64,000 bases of DNA, taken from positions 16,538 through 80,537 of the forward strand of contig CAZKSY010000007.1 of assembly GCA_964555605.1 (NCBI GenBank), written 5' to 3'. Both the position numbers and the translations under genes were made by a program. Source of the DNA: an uncultured Chitinophagaceae bacterium (GTDB lineage: Bacteria > Bacteroidota > Bacteroidia > Chitinophagales > Chitinophagaceae). The notes under the pieces were generated by a model that searched no databases, had not been told where the DNA came from, and worked only from the letters and a program-made list of their open reading frames with translations. Every line of letters starts with the position of its first letter. Position 1 is the first letter of the stretch. Shown here one piece after another: positions 9,925-19,801 of the stretch.

Positions 9925-11008
9925 GTTGAAGAGATAAAGTAGAAGGATAACGCTGGATAAAAGACTCCAGGCCATTTCGGAATGATTCGCTTTGCTGAAA
10001 CAAGAGTTTCATTTCAATTGGTATAACAAAAAGTGGAATGTCTTTCAATTCTGCGGCAAATTTCACTAACCGTACCGCATCCTTCTCTGTGGTTAAAATA
10101 ATTTTTTGTTCCGTATTAATAGATTCAAAACGCTGGAGGATTTCTTTCCAGTCGTCGATAGAGAAAATATGATGATCGCTGAAAAGCATTTCATAATAGG
10201 TTCCCGATTGTTCATGCAGGTAATGCTTCAATGGCAAGGGGTTGGCAATACCACTCACCAGCAAAACCTCCATATCAGCATGTATGGGTAGGGTATTCTT
10301 CTCTGTGATATGATAGGGCAAGCCATACTCAATACAGGAGAAATATACCTGCTGTCCCTTTACAGGGTTAATTTCACGCCGGATTTCATCGGCTTCCGAT
10401 GCTGATAATCCGGGCGGGCATTTCGTTACAATGATGATCTGTGCCCTTTTGTAACTGCCCCTTTCATCACGCAGGTCGCCGGTAGGCAAAAACCAATCGC
10501 GGGTAAACAGGTTATTGTACTCCGTAAGAATAATGTTCAAACCGGCAGCTACCGAACGGTGTTGAAAGGCATCGTCGAGCAGAATCACCTGTGTGTCGGG
10601 CCGGTCGTGCAGTAGTTGTGGGATCGCAACTATTCTTTCCTCTCCCACCGCCACCGCAACCTGTGGAAATTTTAAATGAAACTGCATGGGCTCATCGCCA
10701 ATTTCCAGGGCAGTCGATCGTTCATGCGCCAGTGCATACCCTTTTGTTTTTCGTTTATACCCCCGGCTTACCACAGCCAATTGATATTGTTGATGGAGCA
10801 ACTGGATCAGGAATTCGATCATGGTCGATTTTCCGGTACCACCGGCCGAGAGGTTGCCCACACAAATAAGAGGAAGGTTGAAGGAAGACGAGCCCAACCA
10901 ACCTTTATCAAAGAACCGGTTCCGTACAATAACCACCAATGCATACAGCAATGAAAAAGGAAATAAAAGAATCCGAATGGGCCTCAGCAAGGGGGCGTTA
11001 AAATTCAT
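9917..11008 (-). CDS. lpxK: Tetraacyldisaccharide 4'-kinase
   Basis: P-loop VGNLSAGGTGKSTMIEFL and an N-terminal membrane helix. I chose the start at MNFNAPLLRP (11008) to avoid overlap with the upstream gene. Confidence 0.85.
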   Translation of the reverse strand: MNFNAPLLRPIRILLFPFSLLYALVVIVRNRFFDKGWLGSSSFNLPLICVGNLSAGGTGKSTMIEFLIQLLHQQYQLAVVSRGYKRKTKGYALAHERSTALEIGDEPMQFHLKFPQVAVAVGEERIVAIPQLLHDRPDTQVILLDDAFQHRSVAAGLNIILTEYNNLFTRDWFLPTGDLRDERGSYKRAQIIIVTKCPPGLSASEADEIRREINPVKGQQVYFSCIEYGLPYHITEKNTLPIHADMEVLLVSGIANPLPLKHYLHEQSGTYYEMLFSDHHIFSIDDWKEILQRFESINTEQKIILTTEKDAVRLVKFAAELKDIPLFVIPIEMKLLFQQSESFRNGLESFIQRYPSTLSLQHE

Positions 11009-11567
11009 AAATACGCGATGGGGTGATACAAACACTTAAAGGTACGTCAAATTCACCGATGTCGCTGATGGCTGGTATGGGCTCAAAAAAACTAAAACCG
11101 ATCTTCAGGCAGTCGGGTCGGCAGCGGCTTAAATACCGATCATAATAACCCTTCCCATAGCCAACCCGGTACCCTTTTTCATCAAAGGCAATCAAGGGTA
11201 CAAAAATCACATCCTGACCTTCTGGTGGAATGGATTCGCCACTGATCGGTTCCAGAATATTATACTTATTCTTAGAAAAGAAGGCATTGGGTGCAAGTGT
11301 GAGCGCCTCCATGGTATTATGCACGGGATCTATTCGGGGCCAGCTCACCACCAGATCGGCATGTCGCTCTTTCAGCCATTTGGTGCAGGGCTCCACATCA
11401 AACTCAGCCTTTTCTAATAATGCATAATAGGAAAATAAATTCGTCAACGTTAAAATGGGAAAGGAACAAAACCGGTCAACGATCTGCTTACTGTACTCCT
11501 GCAGCATGTCGGGAGACAATGCTTTTCTTTTTTTTAAATACGCTTGCCGGATGGATTTCTTAAGCAT
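10998..11567 (-). CDS. 5-formyltetrahydrofolate cyclo-ligase
   Basis: 189 aa. VIFVPLIAFDEKGYRVGYGKGYYDRYL matches the family signature PxxAFDxxGxRLGxGxGYYDR. Confidence 0.8.
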   Translation of the reverse strand: MLKKSIRQAYLKKRKALSPDMLQEYSKQIVDRFCSFPILTLTNLFSYYALLEKAEFDVEPCTKWLKERHADLVVSWPRIDPVHNTMEALTLAPNAFFSKNKYNILEPISGESIPPEGQDVIFVPLIAFDEKGYRVGYGKGYYDRYLSRCRPDCLKIGFSFFEPIPAISDIGEFDVPLSVCITPSRIYEF

Positions 11568-11726
11568 AAATTACTTTTGTTATTTGCTTTGATGACGCCA
11601 TTGCCTTAACAAAAGTTTTACCAGATTGTCGCGAAATCTGTTGAATCAAAATACGATCATTAGAATAACTGCCTAAAAGTTACAATTATTTTAATAATTG
11701 GCTGTAAAATAATTAGGAGTGGCAAA

Positions 11727-12275
11727 TTAAGCCTCTGAACGATTTACAAAGATGGAAAACAAGGTACTGCCGTAATTGCGAACGGTGGCAAACTGAGGGT
11801 CCTTTTCATAATTGTTGCGAGGCGTATGTTCCAGGATGAACCAGCCGCCGGGTTTAAGCAGTCCCCTTTCTCTGATCTTTACGGGCAGATCATCAATGGT
11901 GGTAAGGGCATACGGGGGGCCGGCAAATATCAAATCAAACTTTTCATTGCATTGTTCAATAAACTTGAATACATCAAGCCGCACCGGATGCACCTGTTCC
12001 AGTTGGAGCGACTGCACCGTTTTCTTAATGAAATCAAACATCGCCGGATCCTTTTCAACGATCGTGCAATGTTCCGCTCCGCGGGAAGCCAATTCGTAGG
12101 TGATGCTCCCTGTTCCACCGAAAAGATCCAGGGTTTTTATTCCTTCCAATTCCAATTGGTGTCCCAGAATATTAAACAAACCTTCTTTCGCTATATCCGT
12201 TGTAGGGCGGGTATAAGGCATTTTGGCCGGCGGATTTATCCTTCGGCCACCATGAGATCCACTGATTATACGCAT
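11727..12275 (-). CDS. rsmD: 16S rRNA (guanine966-N2)-methyltransferase RsmD
   Basis: MRIISGSHGGRRINPP start, SAM motif LDLFGGTGSI and FAGPPY (a DPPY-type motif). The internal start at 12275 lies 6 nt downstream of the upstream stop. Confidence 0.85.
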   Translation of the reverse strand: MRIISGSHGGRRINPPAKMPYTRPTTDIAKEGLFNILGHQLELEGIKTLDLFGGTGSITYELASRGAEHCTIVEKDPAMFDFIKKTVQSLQLEQVHPVRLDVFKFIEQCNEKFDLIFAGPPYALTTIDDLPVKIRERGLLKPGGWFILEHTPRNNYEKDPQFATVRNYGSTLFSIFVNRSEA

Positions 12276-13099
12276 GCCGCCATTTGAAATAAAGGTGAAA
12301 AATAATGATCCGGTAAACCGGAAAGTAAACCCTGAGGCCAGCTCCATGATCCGGCTGATTCGCCTTGTTTGTTCACGAAATACTTTTCCAGTTCTGCATA
12401 GAGCGATGAATCCGGATCTATCATACCTGAAAAAAGAAGGGTCACCTGCTGCTGATCCAATTCAAATTGTTTACAAATAGAAAGTAAATAATAGCTGATA
12501 TCCTCCGGCTTTTCGAACTCATAGGTTTGCAGTAATAATAATTTGTCCGACTGACAAACCGCGACCAGAAAAAACCCTTGAAAAAAAGCGATGCGAATCA
12601 GACCTGCTGCAGTAGCCGCATTCCGGCTGATCGTTTCCAGAAACAGGGAGCTGAAATGAAATACCGTTGCGTTGTTCCAGTTTTTGCTGATCTGCGCTGG
12701 CCATTCGGTCGGAAGGCGGTAAAAATTGCTCACCTGCCACCCATTCACGGTATCGCACTGTACCGATTCACGGGGAGAATCAGCATTGGTAAGTTCCAGT
12801 ATTTTTTCGCCCAGTGCGGTATTTTTATGCTGCAGAGGTAAAAGCGTAAAGCCCGGGTGGTTATAAATCACTACCACCTGCTGAACTGGTTTCCAATCTT
12901 CCGGTAATTGATGATACCAATCCTGCATGCTTTGCATAGCCGCTGAGGGATCCTTTTCCAACCGCATCTGATGTAAATGCAATACCCGTTTCTCTGCCTG
13001 ATGCAACCAAACGGCGGTACCATGCAAGGGCTGCCATTCGATCAGCAGGATCGATTCAGTAATGCCATCGGGAGCAGTCGTATTAAAATTCGTTTGCAT
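12266..13099 (-). CDS. DUF3822-like hypothetical protein
   Basis: 277-aa ORF in the usual position upstream of rsmD in Bacteroidota. The family assignment is from memory of synteny and length only. Confidence 0.5.
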   Translation of the reverse strand: MQTNFNTTAPDGITESILLIEWQPLHGTAVWLHQAEKRVLHLHQMRLEKDPSAAMQSMQDWYHQLPEDWKPVQQVVVIYNHPGFTLLPLQHKNTALGEKILELTNADSPRESVQCDTVNGWQVSNFYRLPTEWPAQISKNWNNATVFHFSSLFLETISRNAATAAGLIRIAFFQGFFLVAVCQSDKLLLLQTYEFEKPEDISYYLLSICKQFELDQQQVTLLFSGMIDPDSSLYAELEKYFVNKQGESAGSWSWPQGLLSGLPDHYFSPLFQMAACV

Positions 13100-13173
13100 C
13101 TTCTGTTCTGAACTGCAATGTTACTATAAATTTAACGGAACTAAACGATACCCGCCAAATTGAGCGGTGCAGA

Positions 13174-14574
13174 GTGTATTCCGCAATCAGCAAAATAAAA
13201 TGTAGGTTTGCGCTCATGGCAGGGGGTACAATTGACCAATCATTACAGGTAGAAATTTCAAACCGGCAGATTCTCCGGATCGCACTTCCCATCAGTTTTG
13301 CGATCCTCATTCCCCAATTGAACTTTATAACCAATAACGTATTCCTGGGTCACTTCAATAATGAATCACTGGCGTTGGCCGGCGTTACAGGGGTATATTA
13401 CCTGATCTTTGCGGCTATTGGCTTTGGATTAAATAACGGTCTGCAGGCATTGATTGCCCGGCGGGCCGGTGAAAACAGACCCGAGGAGATTGGAAAAATA
13501 TTCAATCAGGGAGTCTTCATTTCCCTCTGCATTGCTGCCATTGGCATATTACTGACCTACCTGTTTACGCCGGTCGTTTTCAGTTATTTTATACAAGAGC
13601 CCGAACGACTCGAAAAGGCACTCTCCTTCTTGTATATACGCATCTGGGGTCTCCCCTTTTTGTATATCTATCAAATGCGTAATGCCCTGTTGGTAGGGAC
13701 CAATCAAAGCAACTATTTAATTGCCGGAACCCTGGCAGAAGCGTTGAGCAATGTATTTTTTGATTACGCACTGATCTTTGGTAAAATGGGATTTCCGGCA
13801 CTTGGGTTCAATGGAGCAGCCTATGCTTCCATTATAGCTGAATTTACCGGAATGCTGGTGGTGTTTCTGGTCATTCATTTTAAAGGAATTGGTCAGCGAT
13901 TTGCCTTGTTTAAAAATTTCAAACCCGAATGGTACAATACAAGACTTATCCTGAACATGTCGGCTCCGCTCATTTTTCAACATGCCATCAGCATTATGAG
14001 CTGGGAATACTTTTTCCTGCTCACCGACCGACATGGGGAAATGGCGATGGCCGTATCGAACACCATGCGAAATGTTTTTGGTTTTTTTGGTTCCTTCACC
14101 TGGGCATTCGCCGCTACCAGTAGTACCATGGTGAGCAATATTATCGGACAAAAACGATTGGAAGAAGTGCCCCTGCTCTTAAAAAAACTCGTGCGCCTGA
14201 GTGTGGGATTTTCCCTGATCGTAGGGGTGTTACTCAATTTGGCCCCACAGGTATTTCTTTCCATTTATGGCCAATCAGAAGATTTTGTTCAAATGGCGAT
14301 ACCCGTTATACGCATTGTATCGGTGGCCATGGTGCTCATGTCTTTTTCTACCGTTTACCTCAATGCTGTTACCGGAACCGGAAACAGTCGTATTACCTTA
14401 TTAATTGAGGCCTCCACCATAATCTTCTATTGCCTGTACGTTTACCTGGTAATGGACTACTATTTCCTGCCATTCAGGTATGGATGGATGAGTGAATGGT
14501 TATACTGGTCGTTGATCTTTTTTGCCTCGTATTTCTATATGCAAACGGGCCATTGGAAAAAGAAGAAGATTTAA
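13174..14574 (+). CDS. MATE-family efflux transporter
   Basis: 466 aa with 12 TM segments and RQILRIALPISFAILIPQLNFITNNVFLGH, a typical MATE N-terminus. The true start may be MAGGT at 13216. Confidence 0.9.
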   Translation: MYSAISKIKCRFALMAGGTIDQSLQVEISNRQILRIALPISFAILIPQLNFITNNVFLGHFNNESLALAGVTGVYYLIFAAIGFGLNNGLQALIARRAGENRPEEIGKIFNQGVFISLCIAAIGILLTYLFTPVVFSYFIQEPERLEKALSFLYIRIWGLPFLYIYQMRNALLVGTNQSNYLIAGTLAEALSNVFFDYALIFGKMGFPALGFNGAAYASIIAEFTGMLVVFLVIHFKGIGQRFALFKNFKPEWYNTRLILNMSAPLIFQHAISIMSWEYFFLLTDRHGEMAMAVSNTMRNVFGFFGSFTWAFAATSSTMVSNIIGQKRLEEVPLLLKKLVRLSVGFSLIVGVLLNLAPQVFLSIYGQSEDFVQMAIPVIRIVSVAMVLMSFSTVYLNAVTGTGNSRITLLIEASTIIFYCLYVYLVMDYYFLPFRYGWMSEWLYWSLIFFASYFYMQTGHWKKKKI

Positions 14575-14578
14575 ACGC

Positions 14579-15337
14579 TCAATCGGCCCATTTTTTCAAT
14601 AACTGTTGAGCCTCCTTTCTAATGAAGGCATCATCGCCACTGGAATCGGGTAGTTTTAATAATTGCTGTAATGCTGCACGAGCCTTATCCACTTCCTCAT
14701 TTTTATGGTATGCTTTGGCGAGTTCGAGGTAATTGAGGAGCAATCCGGGATTTAATTGCCGGCTTTTTTCATAATTACGAATCGCATCTGTATACGTAGC
14801 CGGGGGTAAGGAACCATACACCATTTTCACCAGCCATTTCTCAAACGAACTTAAATTGCTTACTTCAAAATACCATTTACCCATCACATGGTAACCCTTA
14901 TAACTGGATGGATCCAATTGAATGCTCCTTTCGGCAAATTTTTTAATGTCACGAACGGCATTGATCTTGTCCTCTCCGGAAGCCACCATCGCCAGCCGGC
15001 CTTTTGCTACCGACATCACAAAATTCGTTTCGGCATTATGGGGAGCGAGGGAATATGCTTCACGAGCCAATCGATAGGCTTCAGCATAATAATGGTCTTG
15101 TTGAGATTTTGAGGACTGCTTTTTACCCAATCGGCTGTATAATTCACTGCAGGAACAAAGCACCCCCACATCTTTGGGTTGCAAGCGCAGCAACTCCAGA
15201 TATTTCACCAGGGCTTGCTGGTCTTTAAACGATTGTTCCAATTGTCTGGCTTCCTTCAACAATAAGGCAGGATCCTGCGCATGCGCCATGGACGCATTCA
15301 GGAGCAGAACGAAAATAAATTGCACCCATTTAATCAT
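14579..15337 (-). CDS. Secreted TPR-repeat protein
   Basis: 252 aa with a signal peptide (LLLNASMAHAQD) and TPR-like helices. Confidence 0.65.
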   Translation of the reverse strand: MIKWVQFIFVLLLNASMAHAQDPALLLKEARQLEQSFKDQQALVKYLELLRLQPKDVGVLCSCSELYSRLGKKQSSKSQQDHYYAEAYRLAREAYSLAPHNAETNFVMSVAKGRLAMVASGEDKINAVRDIKKFAERSIQLDPSSYKGYHVMGKWYFEVSNLSSFEKWLVKMVYGSLPPATYTDAIRNYEKSRQLNPGLLLNYLELAKAYHKNEEVDKARAALQQLLKLPDSSGDDAFIRKEAQQLLKKWAD

Positions 15338-15692
15338 GAAAAGACCTGTTGAGTGTTATACCAACCCTGCCTTCAAACTGAACGATTGGCGGTTGCAATT
15401 TATAAATGGAAATCTCGGCTTGCTGGATGCGCGGATATTGTTTTTTTATATCATTCAGCACCGCATCAGCTACTGTTTCCAGCAACGGCGTGGGCACAAG
15501 CATGCGGTTTCTCAGGATCTCATATAAACCTGCATAATTGACGGTATCTGATATTTCATGAAAGGTGCCATCGGCAGGCTCCGGACAAGTAACCTTTAGA
15601 TTAACTTCATAGGGACTTCCCAAACGCTCTTCCCCCGGATATAATCCGTGAAATGCATGAAATTTTATCTGCTGTAACTCAATGGTAAGCAT
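15330..15692 (-). CDS. folB: Dihydroneopterin aldolase
   Basis: 120 aa. IKFHAFHGLYPGEERLGSPYEVNLKV fits the FolB fold signature. It overlaps the downstream gene by 8 nt. Confidence 0.8.
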   Translation of the reverse strand: MLTIELQQIKFHAFHGLYPGEERLGSPYEVNLKVTCPEPADGTFHEISDTVNYAGLYEILRNRMLVPTPLLETVADAVLNDIKKQYPRIQQAEISIYKLQPPIVQFEGRVGITLNRSFHD

Positions 15693-15732
15693 GTCCCTTT
15701 TTTATATGAGGCCTTGTGCAGTCTGGTGGCGA

Positions 15733-16698
15733 TTATACCAATCCGTGCGCTGATAAATACCGTTCCGCATCCAGCGCTGCCATGCATCCGCTGCCTGCTG
15801 CGGTTACAGCCTGACGGTAGATCTTATCCTGTACGTCACCGGCAGCAAATACGCCTTCGATATTTGTTTTGGACGAACCCGGAATGGTTTTGATATAACC
15901 CGATTCATCCATATCCAGGAACCCTTTGAAAATATCAGAATTGGGCTTGTGGCCGATGGCCACAAAAAAACCATTGATCGCTACTGTTTCAGTGCTGCCA
16001 TCCAGCACATTCCGGATGCGAACGCCTTCCACCTTGTTTTCCCCCAACACTTCATCTGTTTCTGCATTCCAGTAAACTTTAATATTCGGTGCATTCAGAA
16101 CCCGGTCCTGCATTACTTTGGAAGCACGCATGGCATCGCGGCGCACGATCATGTGTACGTTGGTGCAAAGTTTAGAGAGATACAACGCTTCCTCAGCAGC
16201 GGTATCTCCAGCACCCACAATAGCCACTTCCTTACCACGGAAAAAGAAACCATCACAAACCGCACAGGCACTTACACCAAAGCCATTCAATCGTTGCTCA
16301 CTTTCCAGTCCGAGCCATTTAGCCGAAGCTCCGGTAGCAATGATCACGGCATCTGCTTCTATCAGTTTTTCCTCATCGATCCAAACCTTGAACGGGCGCT
16401 TGGAAAAGTCTACCTGAGTAGCCAATCCAAAACGTATATCAGCTCCCATTCGGGACGCCTGCTTTTCAAAATCCATCATTATCTCGGGCCCTTGTTTTCC
16501 TTCCGGGTAACCGGGATAATTCTCCACTTCGGTGGTTATAGTAAGTTGCCCACCCGGCTGGATTCCCTGATATAAAACAGGTTTCATATTGGCGCGTGCG
16601 GCATAAATAGCGGCGGTATATCCGGCAGGTCCTGATCCTATGATCAGACAATGCACTTTCTCACTGGCTGTTTGTTCCATACTTTCGAATTTAATCAA
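15733..16698 (-). CDS. trxB: Thioredoxin-disulfide reductase
   Basis: GSGPAG FAD motif, redox CAVCDG and GAGDTA NADPH motif. The start may be MEQTASEK at 16680. Confidence 0.95.
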   Translation of the reverse strand: MIKFESMEQTASEKVHCLIIGSGPAGYTAAIYAARANMKPVLYQGIQPGGQLTITTEVENYPGYPEGKQGPEIMMDFEKQASRMGADIRFGLATQVDFSKRPFKVWIDEEKLIEADAVIIATGASAKWLGLESEQRLNGFGVSACAVCDGFFFRGKEVAIVGAGDTAAEEALYLSKLCTNVHMIVRRDAMRASKVMQDRVLNAPNIKVYWNAETDEVLGENKVEGVRIRNVLDGSTETVAINGFFVAIGHKPNSDIFKGFLDMDESGYIKTIPGSSKTNIEGVFAAGDVQDKIYRQAVTAAGSGCMAALDAERYLSAHGLV

Positions 16699-16771
16699 GT
16701 CTGCAAAAATAACAGGAAATGGAACACTAAAATGTGTCCACGGTCACACAGGAGCGGGATGTGAATAACCT

Positions 16772-17656
16772 TTAACGAGGAATTATGATGCTGCGGTACT
16801 GGGCCGCATAGCCGCCAAAATAACCAAGGGCTCCGCCTTTGATATTAGAAAGCACTTTCGTGGGAGAAGAAAAGGGGTTGCCGATACTGCTGTAGCTATA
16901 TTCCATGGTGCGCCAAAAATCGAAAGTGGCTTTATCGATATTGCACATTTTCACTGTTACGGTATCGCCTCGTTTAAAGAAAGAATAGGTTTCCTGGTCA
17001 ATATCCTGATTCCTGTCTACCCCCCTATCGATTTGAATATCGTAGGTTTTACCATCAACGATCTGGTCGTCGAAGGCAGAATTGAAACCGGGCAGAAATG
17101 CCTCTTTGTTGGTTTGGGTAAAATAACGGATATAGTTCCCAAAACCGGCGGGGTCGGTAACTTTTCCCATCACTTTTACAAAATTGGAATCCAGGTTGCG
17201 GGGGCCTTTTTCCCACCAAAGAGAATCGAGGGTTTTACGGAGGGCCGGAATGCTGGTTTCAGACGTGTATGTTTTACCATCAGCCAGGATCCGAAGGGTA
17301 TAATTCGTATTAAAAGCACCCTGAAAGGCCGTTGCCAGGTTCGATGAGTCAATGGAATAGTAATAAAAATCAAATCCGGCCAACGACTGCTTGTATTCTT
17401 TTAATTGATGGGTGAGGCTGCCATTGGAAATTTCAACCGTAGCATTGCGTACAAATGATCCCGCGAGTAATGCCGGGCTCAGTTTATCAAAATAGTTCAG
17501 GCTTTTAGTCAGGACCACACGGGGTGATTGTCCGTTTTCGATGGTTGCTTCCACCACCAGAAGGGGGTCGGGGTTTTGCGGTTGGAAAGAAATGGATTTC
17601 TCGCAACCTGCCAGCACGATCACCACGAAAATATAAAGGATAAGACGATTCATCAT
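16772..17656 (-). CDS. DUF4249-family lipoprotein
   Basis: MMNRLILYIFVVIVLAGC lipobox start at 17656 (the ORF maximum is 17707). Size and composition fit DUF4249. Confidence 0.6.
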   Translation of the reverse strand: MMNRLILYIFVVIVLAGCEKSISFQPQNPDPLLVVEATIENGQSPRVVLTKSLNYFDKLSPALLAGSFVRNATVEISNGSLTHQLKEYKQSLAGFDFYYYSIDSSNLATAFQGAFNTNYTLRILADGKTYTSETSIPALRKTLDSLWWEKGPRNLDSNFVKVMGKVTDPAGFGNYIRYFTQTNKEAFLPGFNSAFDDQIVDGKTYDIQIDRGVDRNQDIDQETYSFFKRGDTVTVKMCNIDKATFDFWRTMEYSYSSIGNPFSSPTKVLSNIKGGALGYFGGYAAQYRSIIIPR

Positions 17657-17718
17657 TTCAGTAACAAAGGTAATGGGCAAAAGTTTGACCCCGGCTTTTT
17701 GTAGCAAATAAGGGTCCA

Positions 17719-17819
17719 GAATGGTGAATAGTGAATGGTGAATAGTGAATTTATCGATTCACGATTTCCGATTCACCATTCACTATTCACCATTCACTAT
17801 TCACTATTCACCATTCACC
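17719..17819. repeat. Heptamer-lattice inverted repeat (GAATGGT/GAATAGT arm versus ATTCACC/ATTCACT arm)
   Basis: The left arm at 17719-17750 is (GAATGGT GAATAGT)x2 plus GAAT. The right arm at 17771-17819 is seven ATTCACY units. The arms are complementary over ~28-32 nt with several possible registers. Confidence 0.9.
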
Positions 17820-17851
17820 AAAAAGAAGCCCCCCACTTTGCAGCAGGGGGC
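17820..17851 (-). terminator. Rho-independent terminator of rpoD
   Basis: The minus strand reads GCCCCCTGCTGCAAAGTGGGGGGC followed by TTCTTTTT, 24 nt after the rpoD stop. Confidence 0.75.
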
Positions 17852-17874
17852 GGTACTTTTACCCATATACTTTA

Positions 17875-18732
17875 TTATCCCAGATAGGCTTTCAGCGCAT
17901 TGCTGTAACGGGCCTTCTGCAAGCGTTTGATAGCTCTTTCTTTGATCTGACGGATACGCTCTTTAGTAAGATCATATTTCTGTCCGATCTGCTCAATGGT
18001 CACACCATTTTCTCCATCCAAACCGAAATAGGCATTCACGATCTCGGCTTCACGGGGGCTGAGTGATTTTAATACCCGACGGATCTCATTACGGAGTGAA
18101 TCCTTCATAACATCATCGTCGGTATCATCAGCACCTTCCAGCAAATCGCCCATGGCCACGTCTTCCGCTTCATGTACGGGAGCATCCAGACTGGTATGAC
18201 GGGTATTGCTTTGGAAAATATTATTGATTTCTGTTTCACTCATTTCCAGCAATTCGGCCAGTTCTTCAGTAGACGGCTCACGCTCGTGCTCCTGTTCGAA
18301 AGCCATATAAGCCTTGTTTGCCTTATTATAGGTACCGATCTTATTCTGTGGTAAACGAACCAAACGACCCTGCTCGGCTAAAGCCTGCAGAATTGACTGA
18401 CGGATCCACCAAACGGCATATGAAATGAATTTAAATCCTTTTGTTTCATCGAAACGCTGGGCAGCTTTGATCAAACCCAGATTACCCTCGTTGATCAAAT
18501 CACTGAGTGATAAGCCCTGATGTTGATACTGTTTAGCCACTGATACCACGAAACGGAGGTTGGCCTGTACTAATTTATCTAAAGCACGCTGGTCCCCCAT
18601 TTTGATACGCTGCGCCAGAACAGTTTCTTCTTCCGGAGTGATCATCGAAATTTTAGAGATCTCCTGAAGGTATTTCTCCACTGCCTGAGAATCGCGATTG
18701 GTGATCTGTGTTGCAATTTTGAGCTGTCTCAT
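17875..18732 (-). CDS. rpoD: RNA polymerase primary sigma factor (sigma A, Bacteroidota short form)
   Basis: 285 aa with region 2 FISYAVWWIRQSI, region 4.2 TIEQIGQKYDLTKERIRQIKERAIKRL and no region 1.1. Confidence 0.95.
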   Translation of the reverse strand: MRQLKIATQITNRDSQAVEKYLQEISKISMITPEEETVLAQRIKMGDQRALDKLVQANLRFVVSVAKQYQHQGLSLSDLINEGNLGLIKAAQRFDETKGFKFISYAVWWIRQSILQALAEQGRLVRLPQNKIGTYNKANKAYMAFEQEHEREPSTEELAELLEMSETEINNIFQSNTRHTSLDAPVHEAEDVAMGDLLEGADDTDDDVMKDSLRNEIRRVLKSLSPREAEIVNAYFGLDGENGVTIEQIGQKYDLTKERIRQIKERAIKRLQKARYSNALKAYLG

Positions 18733-19117
18733 ATTGAAATAAAATATAATTGACTGTTACCAAATGACGGGTACAGGATCAACAATCAAAGGGGGTATAT
18801 GTTCATGGGGAAATTGCAAAGCCCTTGCAAAACAGGCTGTTGGTAAAGCTAAGATCCGTCCAGAACCGTATGAACAAATGTAATATTCAATATTGGAAAT
18901 TCATAGCCCCCCACAAAAATTGAAAGCCCGTTTTAACAGGTTTATGCACCATACCAGTGACTTTAATACGCCTTTAGGAATATTGTAACCCATGTCCAGA
19001 GCGATTTTCAGCGGATTTTTCTACCCACTGACCATGGGGATTAATTTTGATCAATTTTGGAAAAAAAATAGAAAAAAAGTGCCTGATTAAGCATTTTCCC
19101 TGATATCAGAACCCGGC

Positions 19118-19693
19118 TCAATGACGTTTAGGACCAAAAACCGATTTACTGATCCCGATACCCATGATCCAGCTATCATATGCATGGAATTTGTCTTCAT
19201 AAATGAAGTTCAGACTCAGTTCCCAGTGATGCGGCAGTTCAAAACCATATTCAACTCCGATATTCCAGAGACTGAGTGTTTCTTCCTTCTCGAATTCTTT
19301 TCCGAATCCGGAAACAAAAGCCAGATGCTTTCCCGGTTTAAAGATCCCTACCAAAGCCGTTGAAACAGGGAAACTGCGGGTGAGTTCTGTTGCATCGTTT
19401 TTGCGCTCAATTTTATATTGCTGCAAAATGAGATCGGAATGTAAGCCGATGGCCCAATGGGGATGAAACCAATAATCGTAATCAACACCCCAGGCCGGCA
19501 CCAGATCATTCTTATTGCCGGTTTCTGTTTCTACCACATGCGGGAACATATAATGCGCCATCATTAAGGTAAATCGAGAATGGGGGCGAAAAGATGCTTC
19601 CCTTCCCATTTTCTCTTCCTGTTGGGCCTGAACGGCCAATCCGATAAAAATCAGAAGAATGATACTGTACAGTCGCTTTTGCATAATTGCCAT
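19118..19693 (-). CDS. Hypothetical secreted/outer-membrane protein
   Basis: Signal peptide MAIMQKRLYSIILLIFIGLAVQAQQ, with alternating aromatic/polar beta-strand-like segments. Confidence 0.5.
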   Translation of the reverse strand: MAIMQKRLYSIILLIFIGLAVQAQQEEKMGREASFRPHSRFTLMMAHYMFPHVVETETGNKNDLVPAWGVDYDYWFHPHWAIGLHSDLILQQYKIERKNDATELTRSFPVSTALVGIFKPGKHLAFVSGFGKEFEKEETLSLWNIGVEYGFELPHHWELSLNFIYEDKFHAYDSWIMGIGISKSVFGPKRH

Positions 19694-19801
19694 TTTGATG
19701 TTGAACCAATGGCGCAAAGTTGAACTTTATAGTGACCAGGGAATATGACTTTGGCTATGCAGTAAGCTGATATTACTTATAACTGTGATGCTCTTTATAC
19801 A

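Noticed and set aside
9925-9975. Long overlaps rnr/lpxK (59 nt) and lpxK/5-FTHF cyclo-ligase (38 nt) implied by the maximal ORFs
   Set aside because: Internal Met codons (9924 and 11008) give typical N-termini (a basic MSKKSGKRK start, and a membrane-anchored MNFNAPLLRPIRILLFPF start) and remove the overlaps.
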